In this document: in pieces, positions 1-9,121 of the stretch
Position numbering within the stretch: the first letter of the stretch is position 1
Layout: the number at the start of each line of letters is the position of its first letter
From: Wolbachia endosymbiont of Onchocerca ochengi
GTDB taxonomy: Bacteria > Pseudomonadota > Alphaproteobacteria > Rickettsiales > Anaplasmataceae
Reading direction: 5' to 3'
NCBI RefSeq assembly: GCF_000306885.1
Contig: NC_018267.1
Span: forward strand, 540,001-572,000
Length of the DNA stretch: 32,000 bases
Notes under the pieces: model-generated
What the model saw: only the letters and a program-made list of their open reading frames with translations
Told to the model about the DNA's origin: nothing
Database searches by the model: none
Made by a program: the position numbers and the translations under genes

Positions 1-2
1 AA

Positions 3-170
3 ATTAATAAACGCTTTTTACTTACTCTAATCATTGTAATCACTGTTGTAACAGCATCATCTCTTGGTTTCACTATGCATTATTCTAAATTATCTAAAGG
101 GTTTCTACTAGGGTGCTTGTCTATAATTACAGTTGCTGTGATTTTGATTCCTTGTGTTACGTTAATCTGA
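3..170 (+). CDS. C-terminal fragment of a hydrophobic membrane protein running off the 5' edge of the window
   Basis: Open frame from the window edge to TGA at 168-170, translating ...NKRFLLTLIIVITVVTASSLGFTMHYSKLSKGFLLGCLSIITVAVILIPCVTLI*, with two hydrophobic segments. The start lies outside the window. Confidence 0.35.
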   Translation: MNKRFLLTLIIVITVVTASSLGFTMHYSKLSKGFLLGCLSIITVAVILIPCVTLI

Positions 171-672
171 CTAGTTTTACTTGTACCATTTCTCATTTTT
201 TAGGCTATTAGTAAAGATATATCTAACTGAAAAGCGTGAGTAAATATAGAAGACAATCAAGATCAAATGGTGAATAAAGTTGATAATGAATGGTATAAAG
301 AGCATATTAAAAAAGAAGTTATAAACTGGAGCAATGAGACGATACGGATCAATTAAATACTGATTCATGCTAATCATTAATTAGACATGACCGCTAACTG
401 TAAAAGTAATATCTGGAAAAATGGATGATAAGCAGGTTGTAGACTAAATTATTGTAACAAAGAGTGTAAATAATATGGTATAAAGAAAATTTTGCTGCTG
501 CTATGGAGTTATTATACGCTATGGTTGGTGGAATAGGAATAGACTTTAATTTTAAGTGAGCAAAGGAGATAGTAAACGAAACGCAAAAAAAAGTTAATGA
601 CCAAAGTTAGTTAATGTGAGCTTTTCTTTCTGCAATGGTAATTTAGGTGGAAGCTATTATTTTTATAGTAAT

Positions 673-1230
673 TTATTTTACTAGCGGTAAAGTAATACCG
701 TACTGCTTCATATATTTTCCTTTCATGTCATCATATGATTTTTCACACTCGCTTTTGCTATTTAAGAACACAAATTGGCATGCACCTTCATTAGCATAAA
801 TTTTTGCAGGAAGTGGAGTGGTGTTGGAAAACTCTAATGTGACATAGCCTTCCCATCCAGGCTCTAGAGGAGTAACATTTACTATAATTCCACACCTTGC
901 ATAAGTTGATTTCCCAACGCAAATACCCAGTACATTTCTTGGTATACGGAAATATTCAACTGTACTTGCAAGTACAAAACTATTTGGTGGAACTATACAT
1001 ACATCTATTTCTTTGTCTATGAAGCTATTCTCGGGGAAATTTTTAGGGTCTATGACAGCTGAATTAACATTAGTAAAAATCTTAAATTTATTACTTACTC
1101 TTGCATCATATCCGTAAGATGATAGCCCAAAAGATATAACGCCTTTACTACTTTTGTGACCTATAAAGGGTTCTATCATTCCAAAGTTTTCAGCTTTTTC
1201 TTTTATCCATTTATCCGGCATGACTGACAT
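673..1230 (-). CDS. dcd: dCTP deaminase
   Basis: 185-aa ORF with dCTP deaminase/dUTPase-family features: [62 protein letters not shown]. Confidence 0.97.
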   Translation of the reverse strand: MSVMPDKWIKEKAENFGMIEPFIGHKSSKGVISFGLSSYGYDARVSNKFKIFTNVNSAVIDPKNFPENSFIDKEIDVCIVPPNSFVLASTVEYFRIPRNVLGICVGKSTYARCGIIVNVTPLEPGWEGYVTLEFSNTTPLPAKIYANEGACQFVFLNSKSECEKSYDDMKGKYMKQYGITLPLVK

Positions 1231-1487
1231 GATTGTTCTTTAAAATTATGTAATACCTATTATAATATTAAATAAAATTTGAATGTAAACTATAGGCCTA
1301 GCAGCTTCTATTATTCTAGTATCTAAATAACTGCATAAATAGCATCTGAAAGTGAGTCCATGTTTTATGGTGCTTCTTTCCTCTTTGTCATTCTAGCACT
1401 TGATGGTGAAGTACGGGAAAAGAGAATAGATCTTAGTGTCAGCTAGTTGGATAACATTTATGGAAACTAAGTGGATCTAAAACACTT

Positions 1488-2102
1488 CTAGCTTTTATAT
1501 TTCTTGAGACTTTTATTAGTAACAACTACTGTATTTGCAATCTTGTCGTGCCAAGTTTGGCAGCGTTTGTTAAAGCTTGATAATAAAAAGCCCAGAAATA
1601 ATGGTGAAGCTGATAATATCATAGAAAAAAATCTCTTTGTTGCTTGTTTTAGGGTCACCTTTTTAAAAGTCTGTGCGTCTACGACTTTGAGTCCAAGTAG
1701 TAGTTTTCCGGGTGTAGCAGCAAACCTTATCCACATGTATGTGACATAACTAAAGAGTATAATGAATTGGGCTATTTGATTTAAGATTAATAATTTAATA
1801 AATCTACTTTGTACTACCTTTTCTTCTGTAGAAAGTGATACTTGCATTTGATATTTTGTAGCAATTTGACTTAGTACTTTGCCATTTTCTGAGTTTATAA
1901 AGAACTGGTTTAGGGTTTGGCCGCAGAGCTGTAAGAATAAGATAATAATAATTAAATCAAGTAATATTGATGTGTAGCGCTTAAGCCCCATCACATAACA
2001 TATATTATTTTTATCATTTTTTGTTTTTTGAATAGTATTTATAGGAAAAAAAATAGAGAATAAATGATTAAAAATTTTGTGTAACATAATGGTATTCCCC
2101 AA
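1488..2102 (-). CDS. RDD family membrane protein
   Basis: ORF with several hydrophobic segments and RDD-like features (GLKRYTSILLDLIIIILF, ATPGKLLLGLKVVDAQTF, RCQTWHDKIANTVVV). The track start at 2102 is TTG. An internal ATG (MLHKIF or MGLKRYTSILLD) is more plausible. Confidence 0.8.
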   Translation of the reverse strand: MGNTIMLHKIFNHLFSIFFPINTIQKTKNDKNNICYVMGLKRYTSILLDLIIIILFLQLCGQTLNQFFINSENGKVLSQIATKYQMQVSLSTEEKVVQSRFIKLLILNQIAQFIILFSYVTYMWIRFAATPGKLLLGLKVVDAQTFKKVTLKQATKRFFSMILSASPLFLGFLLSSFNKRCQTWHDKIANTVVVTNKSLKKYKS

Positions 2103-2110
2103 TATTTAAG

Positions 2111-2193
2111 TACTCCTGGCCGGACTTGAACCAGCATACCTTTTCGGGTAACAGATTTTGAGTCTGCTGTGTCTACCATTCCACCACAGGAGC
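2111..2193 (-). tRNA. tRNA-Leu (anticodon CAA)
   Basis: Reverse complement GCTCCTGTGGTGGAATGGTAGACAC...GCAGACTCAAAATCTG...GGTTCAAGTCCGGCCAGGAGTA. Acceptor GCTCCTG pairs with CAGGAGT (one G-T), anticodon stem GCAGA/TCTGT, loop CTCAAAA, T-arm GGTTCAAGTCC. Confidence 0.93.
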
Positions 2194-2305
2194 TTAAGTT
2201 TTAATGCTATAAGCAACACGGAATTAGTCAAATTTTTTTACTTTCAAACGGAGATTAAATATTCTACTATAAGTAAATAGTTACTAGTTACTCTAGAAAT
2301 TTAAA

Positions 2306-3757
2306 ATGATTGAATCAGCTAATTTCGTCGATTCGGGAAATATAGGCAAGGAAATATGTAAATTACCACATAACTTAGAAGCAGAGCAAATGCTTATTGG
2401 CGCAATGATTCGTGATAATAGAATTTGCGATGCGGTTGAAGATGTAATCGCAGCAGATAATTTCTATGATCCATTGCATCAAAGTATTTTTACTCAGATA
2501 TCTAAAACTAGAAAACATGGTATGGTTGCTAATGAGCTGACCCTCAAAATGTTTTTTGAGAACGATGAAGCATTTGCTAAGTGCGGTGGAGTCGAATATC
2601 TTGCAAAGCTTGCAGCAAAAGCAAGTATTGCGCTTGATATCCATAGTTTGACTAGAATAATCCGTGATACTTATTTAAGAAGGTATTTAATTAAGCTCGG
2701 ACAGGAAATAATTGATGATAGTTATAGTTATGACATTGAAAACCCTGCACAAGTGCAGGTTGAACAGGCGATGACCAAGTTGTTTAACTTAGCAGTAAAA
2801 AAGCAGGGCGAGAAGACGTATGTAAAGCTTGCAAGTTCGGTTAGAAATGTAGTCGAAAGAATAAGCACACTGAAAAATAATCCAGAAGCGCTAGGTATTA
2901 CAACTGGGCTTCAAGATTTAAACCAGCTTCTTGGTGGTCTGCAGAAATCTGATCTATTAGTTCTGGCTGCAAGACCTTCTATGGGTAAGACAGCATTGGC
3001 GCTAAATATCGCACTTAACGCTTGTAAGATTTTGCAAAAAAGAGGAGATAAGGAACACTATATAGTATTTTTTTCGCTTGAAATGTCGGCAGAGCAGTTA
3101 GCTGCGAGACTGATTACCATAGATTCAGGAGTTAGCTATTATAGAGCGTTAACCGGAAGAATTAGTGATTTTGAATTACATGAATTTATCAATGCTAGTA
3201 CAAAATTATCTGAACTATCTTTTATAATAGACGATACTCCTGCATTATCAATCAGTGCTCTTCGCACCAGAATACGTTTGCTGTATCAATTGTATAATGT
3301 AAAAGTAGTATTTGTCGATTATCTGCAATTAATCAGAGGAACAACAAAAAGAAGTAACGAGAACAGAGTACAAGAAATTTCAGAAGTAACTCAGGGTTTG
3401 AAAGCAATTGCAAAAGAACTAAATATTCCCGTTGTTGCACTATCCCAACTTTCACGTTCTGTTGAGCAGAGGGATGACAAAAAACCACAACTTGCTGATT
3501 TGCGTGATTCGGGAAGTATAGAACAAGATGCAGATATAGTAATGTTCCTTTATAGAGAAGAATATTATGAGCTTAGAAAACAGCCAAGTGAAGGAAGCAA
3601 TAAACATCGAGAGTGGCAAGAGAAAATGGAAAAAATTAGAAACATTGCAGAGCTTATTATTGCAAAACAAAGAAACGGGCCAGTTGGCAGTGTAAAGCTA
3701 TATTTTGACTCTAATCGAGGTGCATTCAAAGATTACACGGAAAGATACAGTTTATAG
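2306..3757 (+). CDS. dnaB: replicative DNA helicase DnaB
   Basis: 483-aa ORF: LPHNLEAEQMLIGAMI N-terminus, Walker A ARPSMGKTALALNIA, FFSLEMSAEQLAAR, VVFVDYLQLI, LSQLSRSVEQRDDKKPQLADLRDSGSIEQDADIVMFLYREEYY. Confidence 0.98.
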   Translation: MIESANFVDSGNIGKEICKLPHNLEAEQMLIGAMIRDNRICDAVEDVIAADNFYDPLHQSIFTQISKTRKHGMVANELTLKMFFENDEAFAKCGGVEYLAKLAAKASIALDIHSLTRIIRDTYLRRYLIKLGQEIIDDSYSYDIENPAQVQVEQAMTKLFNLAVKKQGEKTYVKLASSVRNVVERISTLKNNPEALGITTGLQDLNQLLGGLQKSDLLVLAARPSMGKTALALNIALNACKILQKRGDKEHYIVFFSLEMSAEQLAARLITIDSGVSYYRALTGRISDFELHEFINASTKLSELSFIIDDTPALSISALRTRIRLLYQLYNVKVVFVDYLQLIRGTTKRSNENRVQEISEVTQGLKAIAKELNIPVVALSQLSRSVEQRDDKKPQLADLRDSGSIEQDADIVMFLYREEYYELRKQPSEGSNKHREWQEKMEKIRNIAELIIAKQRNGPVGSVKLYFDSNRGAFKDYTERYSL

Positions 3758-4396
3758 TCTTTAGCGGTCTTTTGTTAATACCTATCTTTACTATGATTTA
3801 CTAATTTGTTAGTAAAATTAACTCTTCTTTTTATTTGTGCTAGAATTTAAGTGCTAAATAATTTTAGCGAGGTATGTAATGGAAAGTATGTTTAATAAAA
3901 TCAACGCACTTTGAGAAGCAATTGGTTAGTAAAGAGAAAGCAATATGGAGGTTAATAATGAAGTTGTTGCTTATCTTGATAAGCTGAAACGTCAAGGGCA
4001 TAGAAGAAGAAAGCAAGAAAAGACTTTGGACTGTACAGATCTCAGGAATCCATTTAAAGAAAGAAAACAGGGTGACTTTTAGAATCTATAATTTTTAGCA
4101 GTCTGTCTGGCGAAAATTTTAAAAAAGGAGATAAGATTTTCTGGCTTAGAAAATTAGCCAGCTAAAAAAGAAACTAAAGTTAACGGTTATTTAAATTAAA
4201 ACAGTAAGTGCAGTAGTTAGTTGGCTTGCTCGTTAAGTAGCAAAATTCGCACCTTACTTACCTTATGTTTCCTATAATTATTTTACTGCTTCTGTGTCAG
4301 CACCGTTTGATAATGTTGAAATTACTGAATTATCTGTTACTAATCAAGGTATAATAACAAGCTCAATATTTTAAAACAAAATGGTAAAGAGTAATA

Positions 4397-5947
4397 CTAT
4401 GTGCCCTCTGCTTGATTGTTAATCTTTAAAAAGACTGGTGTAGGTTTAGGTAATGTTACGCCTGAGGTTATGCATGCGCCGCATAGGGATTTTAAATTGC
4501 GTTGCTTCTTTGGAATTTGCAATTGGTCAAGTATTATCTCTGCTGACTTTGGAACGATTGGTTGCAATAAAATACCGATTATTCTAATATACTCCAATAG
4601 TTTGTGGATTATTAAATTCATACGCTCTCTATTGGTTTTGCTCAGTGTCCAGGGTGTGCTTCTATCTATATAAGCATTAGCTTCAGATGAGATATTGGTG
4701 ATCAGAAGTATGATATGGTTAAATTCATACTTTGATAGATGATTCACCACTTGATTGAGTATAGCTTTGCAATTGGGTAAACCCTCAGCATCTTTGAGTA
4801 AGTTCCGGTTGATTGTTGGTACAACCCCCGAACATTGCTTGTGTAAAAATGAAATTGTTCTTTGCACTAAATTACCTATGTTGTTTGTCAATTCTGAGTT
4901 TATTCGATTAACCATATTTTTCTTATTAAAGTTGCCGTCTTGACCGAAGCTTATTTCTCTAAGGAGAAAATAGCGTAACTGATCAACACCAAACTCTTCA
5001 GCTAATCTGATTGGATCTATAATATTGCCAAGTGACTTGGATATTTTTTCTCCTTCGTTTAGCCACCAACCATGAACTGCGATTTGTTTTGGCAGCGGTA
5101 AATCTGCTGCAAGGAGAATTGCTGGCCAATATACAGCGTGAAAACGCAATATATCTTTACCAATTACATGAACATTGAAAGAGTTATCGTTTGCCCAAAG
5201 CTTTTTATATTCCTTGCTTTCAATGTTAGGGAAACCTATCGATGTGAGGTAATTAGTTAACGCATCTATCCAGACGTAGATTATATGTTTATTATTACCT
5301 GGTACTTTTATTCCCCAATTTAAACTAGTGCGAGAGATCGAAAGGTCAGTTAATCCTGATCTTGCAAATGATATCACTTCATTTTTTCTGCTCTCAGGAA
5401 AGATAAAATTTGGCTGATTTTTATATAACTCTAGTAATTTATTCTGCCAATCCGACAGACGAAAAAAGTAACTTTCTTCTTTTATCCATTGAACTTCACC
5501 ACCTGTTGGTGTTTTACCATCTATCAGCTCCGATTCTTGATAAAATGCTTCATCGCGTACTGAATACCAACCTGAGTAGTAATCTAAGTATATTTGTCCT
5601 CTTTCTTCAAGTCTATTCCATAAAGCTATAACTACTTTCTCGTGACGTCTTTCCGTGGTGCGAATAAAATCATCATATTGAAAATTTATGGATTCAGCTA
5701 GTTTTTTAAATGAGACGCTTACTTTATCTGTAAATTCTTTTGGCTGCATTCCTTTTATTTTGGCTGCTTTTTCAATTTTTTGTCCATGTTCGTCTGTGCC
5801 AGTAGTAAATTTAACGTATTTTCCAGCTAGTTTTATGAACCTTGCTGCCGCGTCGCACAAAAGAGAAGTATACGCATGGCCAATGTGTGGTTTGTCGTTT
5901 ACATAATATATTGGTGTGGTGATGTAAAAATTCTCGAATTGTTTCAT
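4397..5947 (-). CDS. metG: methionyl-tRNA synthetase
   Basis: FYITTPIYYVNDKPHIGHAYTSLLCDAAARF, TGTDEHGQKI, VHGWWLNEGEKISKSLGN (KMSKS-like). The track start is 5980, but MKQFENFYITTPIYYVND (start 5947) fits the conserved N-terminus better. Confidence 0.97.
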   Translation of the reverse strand: MKQFENFYITTPIYYVNDKPHIGHAYTSLLCDAAARFIKLAGKYVKFTTGTDEHGQKIEKAAKIKGMQPKEFTDKVSVSFKKLAESINFQYDDFIRTTERRHEKVVIALWNRLEERGQIYLDYYSGWYSVRDEAFYQESELIDGKTPTGGEVQWIKEESYFFRLSDWQNKLLELYKNQPNFIFPESRKNEVISFARSGLTDLSISRTSLNWGIKVPGNNKHIIYVWIDALTNYLTSIGFPNIESKEYKKLWANDNSFNVHVIGKDILRFHAVYWPAILLAADLPLPKQIAVHGWWLNEGEKISKSLGNIIDPIRLAEEFGVDQLRYFLLREISFGQDGNFNKKNMVNRINSELTNNIGNLVQRTISFLHKQCSGVVPTINRNLLKDAEGLPNCKAILNQVVNHLSKYEFNHIILLITNISSEANAYIDRSTPWTLSKTNRERMNLIIHKLLEYIRIIGILLQPIVPKSAEIILDQLQIPKKQRNLKSLCGACITSGVTLPKPTPVFLKINNQAEGT

Positions 5948-6000
5948 TATGTAATGCTTAAAGTTTAATCGTACCTGCACTAGTAATAAAAATCAATAGG

Positions 6001-7167
6001 TTAACCATTCGCTAAGCCACACAGTATATAATTGATGCTCACGTCTTGAGTCAAATTCCACTCACGCTTTATCACATTATATGTCATACCAGTCATACTT
6101 TGTAACGTTACGTTATTTTCTCTTAGGTGATTTGCAATTTCTGATGGTTTGAGAAATTTATTCCAATTATGTGTACCTTTTGGCAGCCAGTTTAATATGT
6201 ACTCTGCACCAATTATTGCAAAACAGAAGGACTTAATGTTTCTATTTATTGTGGATATAAATATCAGCCCCTCTGGTTTTAGTAGCTCTACCGCTTTTTT
6301 CATAAAAAACTCTAAGTTATTCACATGTTCAACTACTTCCATAAGTAGAACTACATCATATTTTTTGCTGTTGCTTAATTCTTCAATACTAGTGTGTATA
6401 TATTCTATATTTGACCCTACTTTTTTTGTATATGATTGTGCTGCTTTTATGTTTTCTTCGCATATATCTATTCCTACGACATTAATACCAATGCGTGCCA
6501 TTGACTCTGATAAAATACCACCACCGCATCCAACATCAAGAAGTGATATTTCATTTAAGTCGCATTTTTTAAACTCTTTTATTTTCTCTATAATGTAAGA
6601 TCCTCTCACAGGGTTCATCATGTGTAATAGCTTGAATTTGCCGTCCTCATTCCACCATTCACTTGCTATTTTAGCAAATTTTGACACCTCGTCTTCATTA
6701 TAAGTTTGTGTGTTTTTTTTTCTACTGATATTGCTAAGCTTATCAAGACGTTTTTTATGCCTGCTTTCTTTTGAAAACTCTGTTTCGAGAAATTGTTTAA
6801 CTATGTCTTTTGCTAACTCATTGTTAGTGAACCCTGCGCCAAGACACAGTACATTTGCATTACCGTGTTCGCGAGCCAATTTTGTAATTTCAACACTATC
6901 ACATAAAGCAGCATAAATTCCTTCAAAGCGATTCGCTACAGTACTCATGCCTAACCCTGTGCCGCAAATTAATATTCCATAATCTGCTTTTCTGTTTATT
7001 ATATCTTTTACAACCTTAATAGCATAGTCTGGATAATCTACACTCTTTTGTTCAGCAGTGCAGCCGTGATCTGTCACTGTATAACCTAGTGTTTTCAGAT
7101 AAGGTTTTATCTCTGATTTTAATTCATAACCAGCATGATCTGAGGCAATTGATATTATATTTGACAT
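6001..7167 (-). CDS. fused ribose-5-phosphate isomerase B / ubiquinone biosynthesis O-methyltransferase (RpiB-UbiG)
   Basis: Single 388-aa ORF. N-terminal RpiB: ASDHAGYELK, YGILICGTGLGMSTVANR, CDSVEITKLAREHGNANVLCLGAGF. C-terminal UbiG: ASEWWNEDGKFKLLHMMNPVRGSYI, SLLDVGCGGGILSESMARIG (SAM-binding motif), STINRNIKSF, KFLKPSEI. Confidence 0.93.
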   Translation of the reverse strand: MSNIISIASDHAGYELKSEIKPYLKTLGYTVTDHGCTAEQKSVDYPDYAIKVVKDIINRKADYGILICGTGLGMSTVANRFEGIYAALCDSVEITKLAREHGNANVLCLGAGFTNNELAKDIVKQFLETEFSKESRHKKRLDKLSNISRKKNTQTYNEDEVSKFAKIASEWWNEDGKFKLLHMMNPVRGSYIIEKIKEFKKCDLNEISLLDVGCGGGILSESMARIGINVVGIDICEENIKAAQSYTKKVGSNIEYIHTSIEELSNSKKYDVVLLMEVVEHVNNLEFFMKKAVELLKPEGLIFISTINRNIKSFCFAIIGAEYILNWLPKGTHNWNKFLKPSEIANHLRENNVTLQSMTGMTYNVIKREWNLTQDVSINYILCGLANG

Positions 7168-7333
7168 ATTAAGAATAATGGCTTAAAGGTATTTGATATA
7201 AATAATTTATTTTGTTTTTTTGTCAAGTTGTCTAGTGCTAATGATCTTTTATTAGTCTTAAAATTTGAAATAAATTTTCAGTTAAATATGTATAAGTACT
7301 ATATAATTCTTATCCTACTACTAACTTAATAGA

Positions 7334-9121
7334 ATGGATTGCATAGATATTATAAAGTCAAGGTTATTATTATCTGACATAGTAGGTAAGAAAGTTAGGC
7401 TAATAAAAAGAGGAGACAGTTTTGTTGGACTCTGTCCGTTTCATAACGAAAAAACTCCATCTTTTTTTGTGAGCAATATTAAAGGATTATATTATTGTTT
7501 TGGCTGTTCAGCTCGTGGTGATGCATTTGAGTTTATTTCACAGACTGAGGGCTTGAGCTTTAAAGAAGTATTAGAAAGACTGGCGTCAGTTACAAGTGTT
7601 GAGTTGCATAAAAACTTCAGTGCTGCTAAGTTTAAGGAAAGTGACAAACTGTTTTCAGTGCTAAGTTTAGCTGCAAATTGGTTTGTACAGAAGAGGAATC
7701 AGGGTGTTGTAGCTTATCTAAAAGAGCGTAAGATTTTACCTAAAATTATAGATAGATTTAAAATAGGTTATGCACCAAGCTCTGGTTTGAAAGAATATTT
7801 GAACTCTTCCGGTATTGAAGATAAAATTTTGGCTGATATTGGTTTAGTAAATAAAAGTTTTCGTGATTATTTTTGTAATCGGCTGATGTTTCCTATATGC
7901 AATATCACAGGCAAAGTTATTGGTTTTGGTGGGCGTGCGTTAAGTTCTGGGCAGAAGCCAAAATATTTAAACAGTCCAGAGAGCCAGCTATTTAAGAAAA
8001 GGGAAAACTTATATGGATTAAACTTTGCTTTGAGCGAAATACTCAAAAAACAACACGTATTTGTTGTTGAAGGGTATATCGATGTGATAGCACTTCATCA
8101 AGCAGGAATTAGCAATACAGTTGCCACGCTTGGCACTGCAACTTCTATAGAGCAGATAAAAAATCTATGGAGGTTTGCTAAAGAAATTTCCATATGCATG
8201 GATGGCGATGGTGCTGGATGTAATGCTGCAATTAGAATTGCAGAATTTGCTCTATCAGTTCTTAAACCTGGATACACATTAAAGTTTGTGACTTTATCAA
8301 AAAATAAAGATCCATATGATATATGTAACGAACTGAAATATAAAAAAGAAGATGTGCTTTCTGCACTTGATCATTCAACAGAACTGCATTCTGAATATCT
8401 ATGGCGTCACATAGTCAATAGTAATCTCCGAGGCTATGAAAAACCTACTCCGGAAAAATATTCAATTCTTGAGCACAAGTTCATGAGATATATCAATGCT
8501 ATAGGTAACAGTAGTATTAAAAGATACTACAGAGATTACTTTTATGATAAAACCAGTGAATTAAGAAGAGGCTTTAAAAAGCACATTTTCAATAGTAAAA
8601 TTAGAATAGCAAAAAGTGAGTATTTTTACAATAAATCTCCAGAGCTAATTGAAGCGGAACAAAATCAGGCTATAATTCTACGTATAGCAATAGAATTTCC
8701 TAAGATCTTACATTATCCTATATTTTTTGAACAGTTTTCTCATTTTGAATTTACTAATATAAAAATGAAAATATTACAACGGCGTGTGATTAATGCTGTA
8801 AATAATGGAAGTATATTTAATAAAGAGACTTTATTACAGAGGTTTGAACAGTCTGATGATATTGAGGTTGTAAAGTTTATATTTAAAAAAACTAGTGTAC
8901 TGAACAGTCAATTAAACGAGAGAAAATCAGCAGAGATTGTGTGGAATAACATAGTGCTACTGAAAGAATTGAATATATTACAAAAAGAAAAAATCAAGGC
9001 AAGGCTCAGTGGTAATTTTGGCTTAGAGGGAAGGTTAATAGAGCAAATAAAGCAAATAGAAAGTAGTGTACAAGAGATGCAAATGAAATTTATTCAAAAG
9101 TTAGATAGATCACAAATGTAA
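7334..9121 (+). CDS. dnaG: DNA primase
   Basis: 595-aa ORF: CHC2-type zinc finger (CPFHNEKTPSFFVSNIKGLYYCFGCSARGDAFEFI), RFKIGYAP, MFPICNITGKVIGFGGRAL, TOPRIM-like VFVVEGYIDVIALHQAGISNTVATLGTA and SICMDGDGAG. Confidence 0.98.
   Translation: MDCIDIIKSRLLLSDIVGKKVRLIKRGDSFVGLCPFHNEKTPSFFVSNIKGLYYCFGCSARGDAFEFISQTEGLSFKEVLERLASVTSVELHKNFSAAKFKESDKLFSVLSLAANWFVQKRNQGVVAYLKERKILPKIIDRFKIGYAPSSGLKEYLNSSGIEDKILADIGLVNKSFRDYFCNRLMFPICNITGKVIGFGGRALSSGQKPKYLNSPESQLFKKRENLYGLNFALSEILKKQHVFVVEGYIDVIALHQAGISNTVATLGTATSIEQIKNLWRFAKEISICMDGDGAGCNAAIRIAEFALSVLKPGYTLKFVTLSKNKDPYDICNELKYKKEDVLSALDHSTELHSEYLWRHIVNSNLRGYEKPTPEKYSILEHKFMRYINAIGNSSIKRYYRDYFYDKTSELRRGFKKHIFNSKIRIAKSEYFYNKSPELIEAEQNQAIILRIAIEFPKILHYPIFFEQFSHFEFTNIKMKILQRRVINAVNNGSIFNKETLLQRFEQSDDIEVVKFIFKKTSVLNSQLNERKSAEIVWNNIVLLKELNILQKEKIKARLSGNFGLEGRLIEQIKQIESSVQEMQMKFIQKLDRSQM

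Noticed and set aside
4141-4161. Hairpin CTGGCT-tagaaaatt-AGCCAG as a terminator
   Set aside because: Only a 6-bp stem with a 9-nt loop and no T-tract on either strand. It may simply be chance in a decayed region.
1504-6916. ORFs 1504-1749(+), 2375-2644(-), 3452-3670(-), 4416-4673(+), 4755-4943(+), 5410-5631(+), 5688-5906(+), 6149-6598(+), 6710-6916(+)
   Set aside because: All lie antisense to well-supported genes (RDD protein, dnaB, metG, rpiB-ubiG) with low-complexity or Ser/Leu/Phe-rich translations and no recognisable domains.
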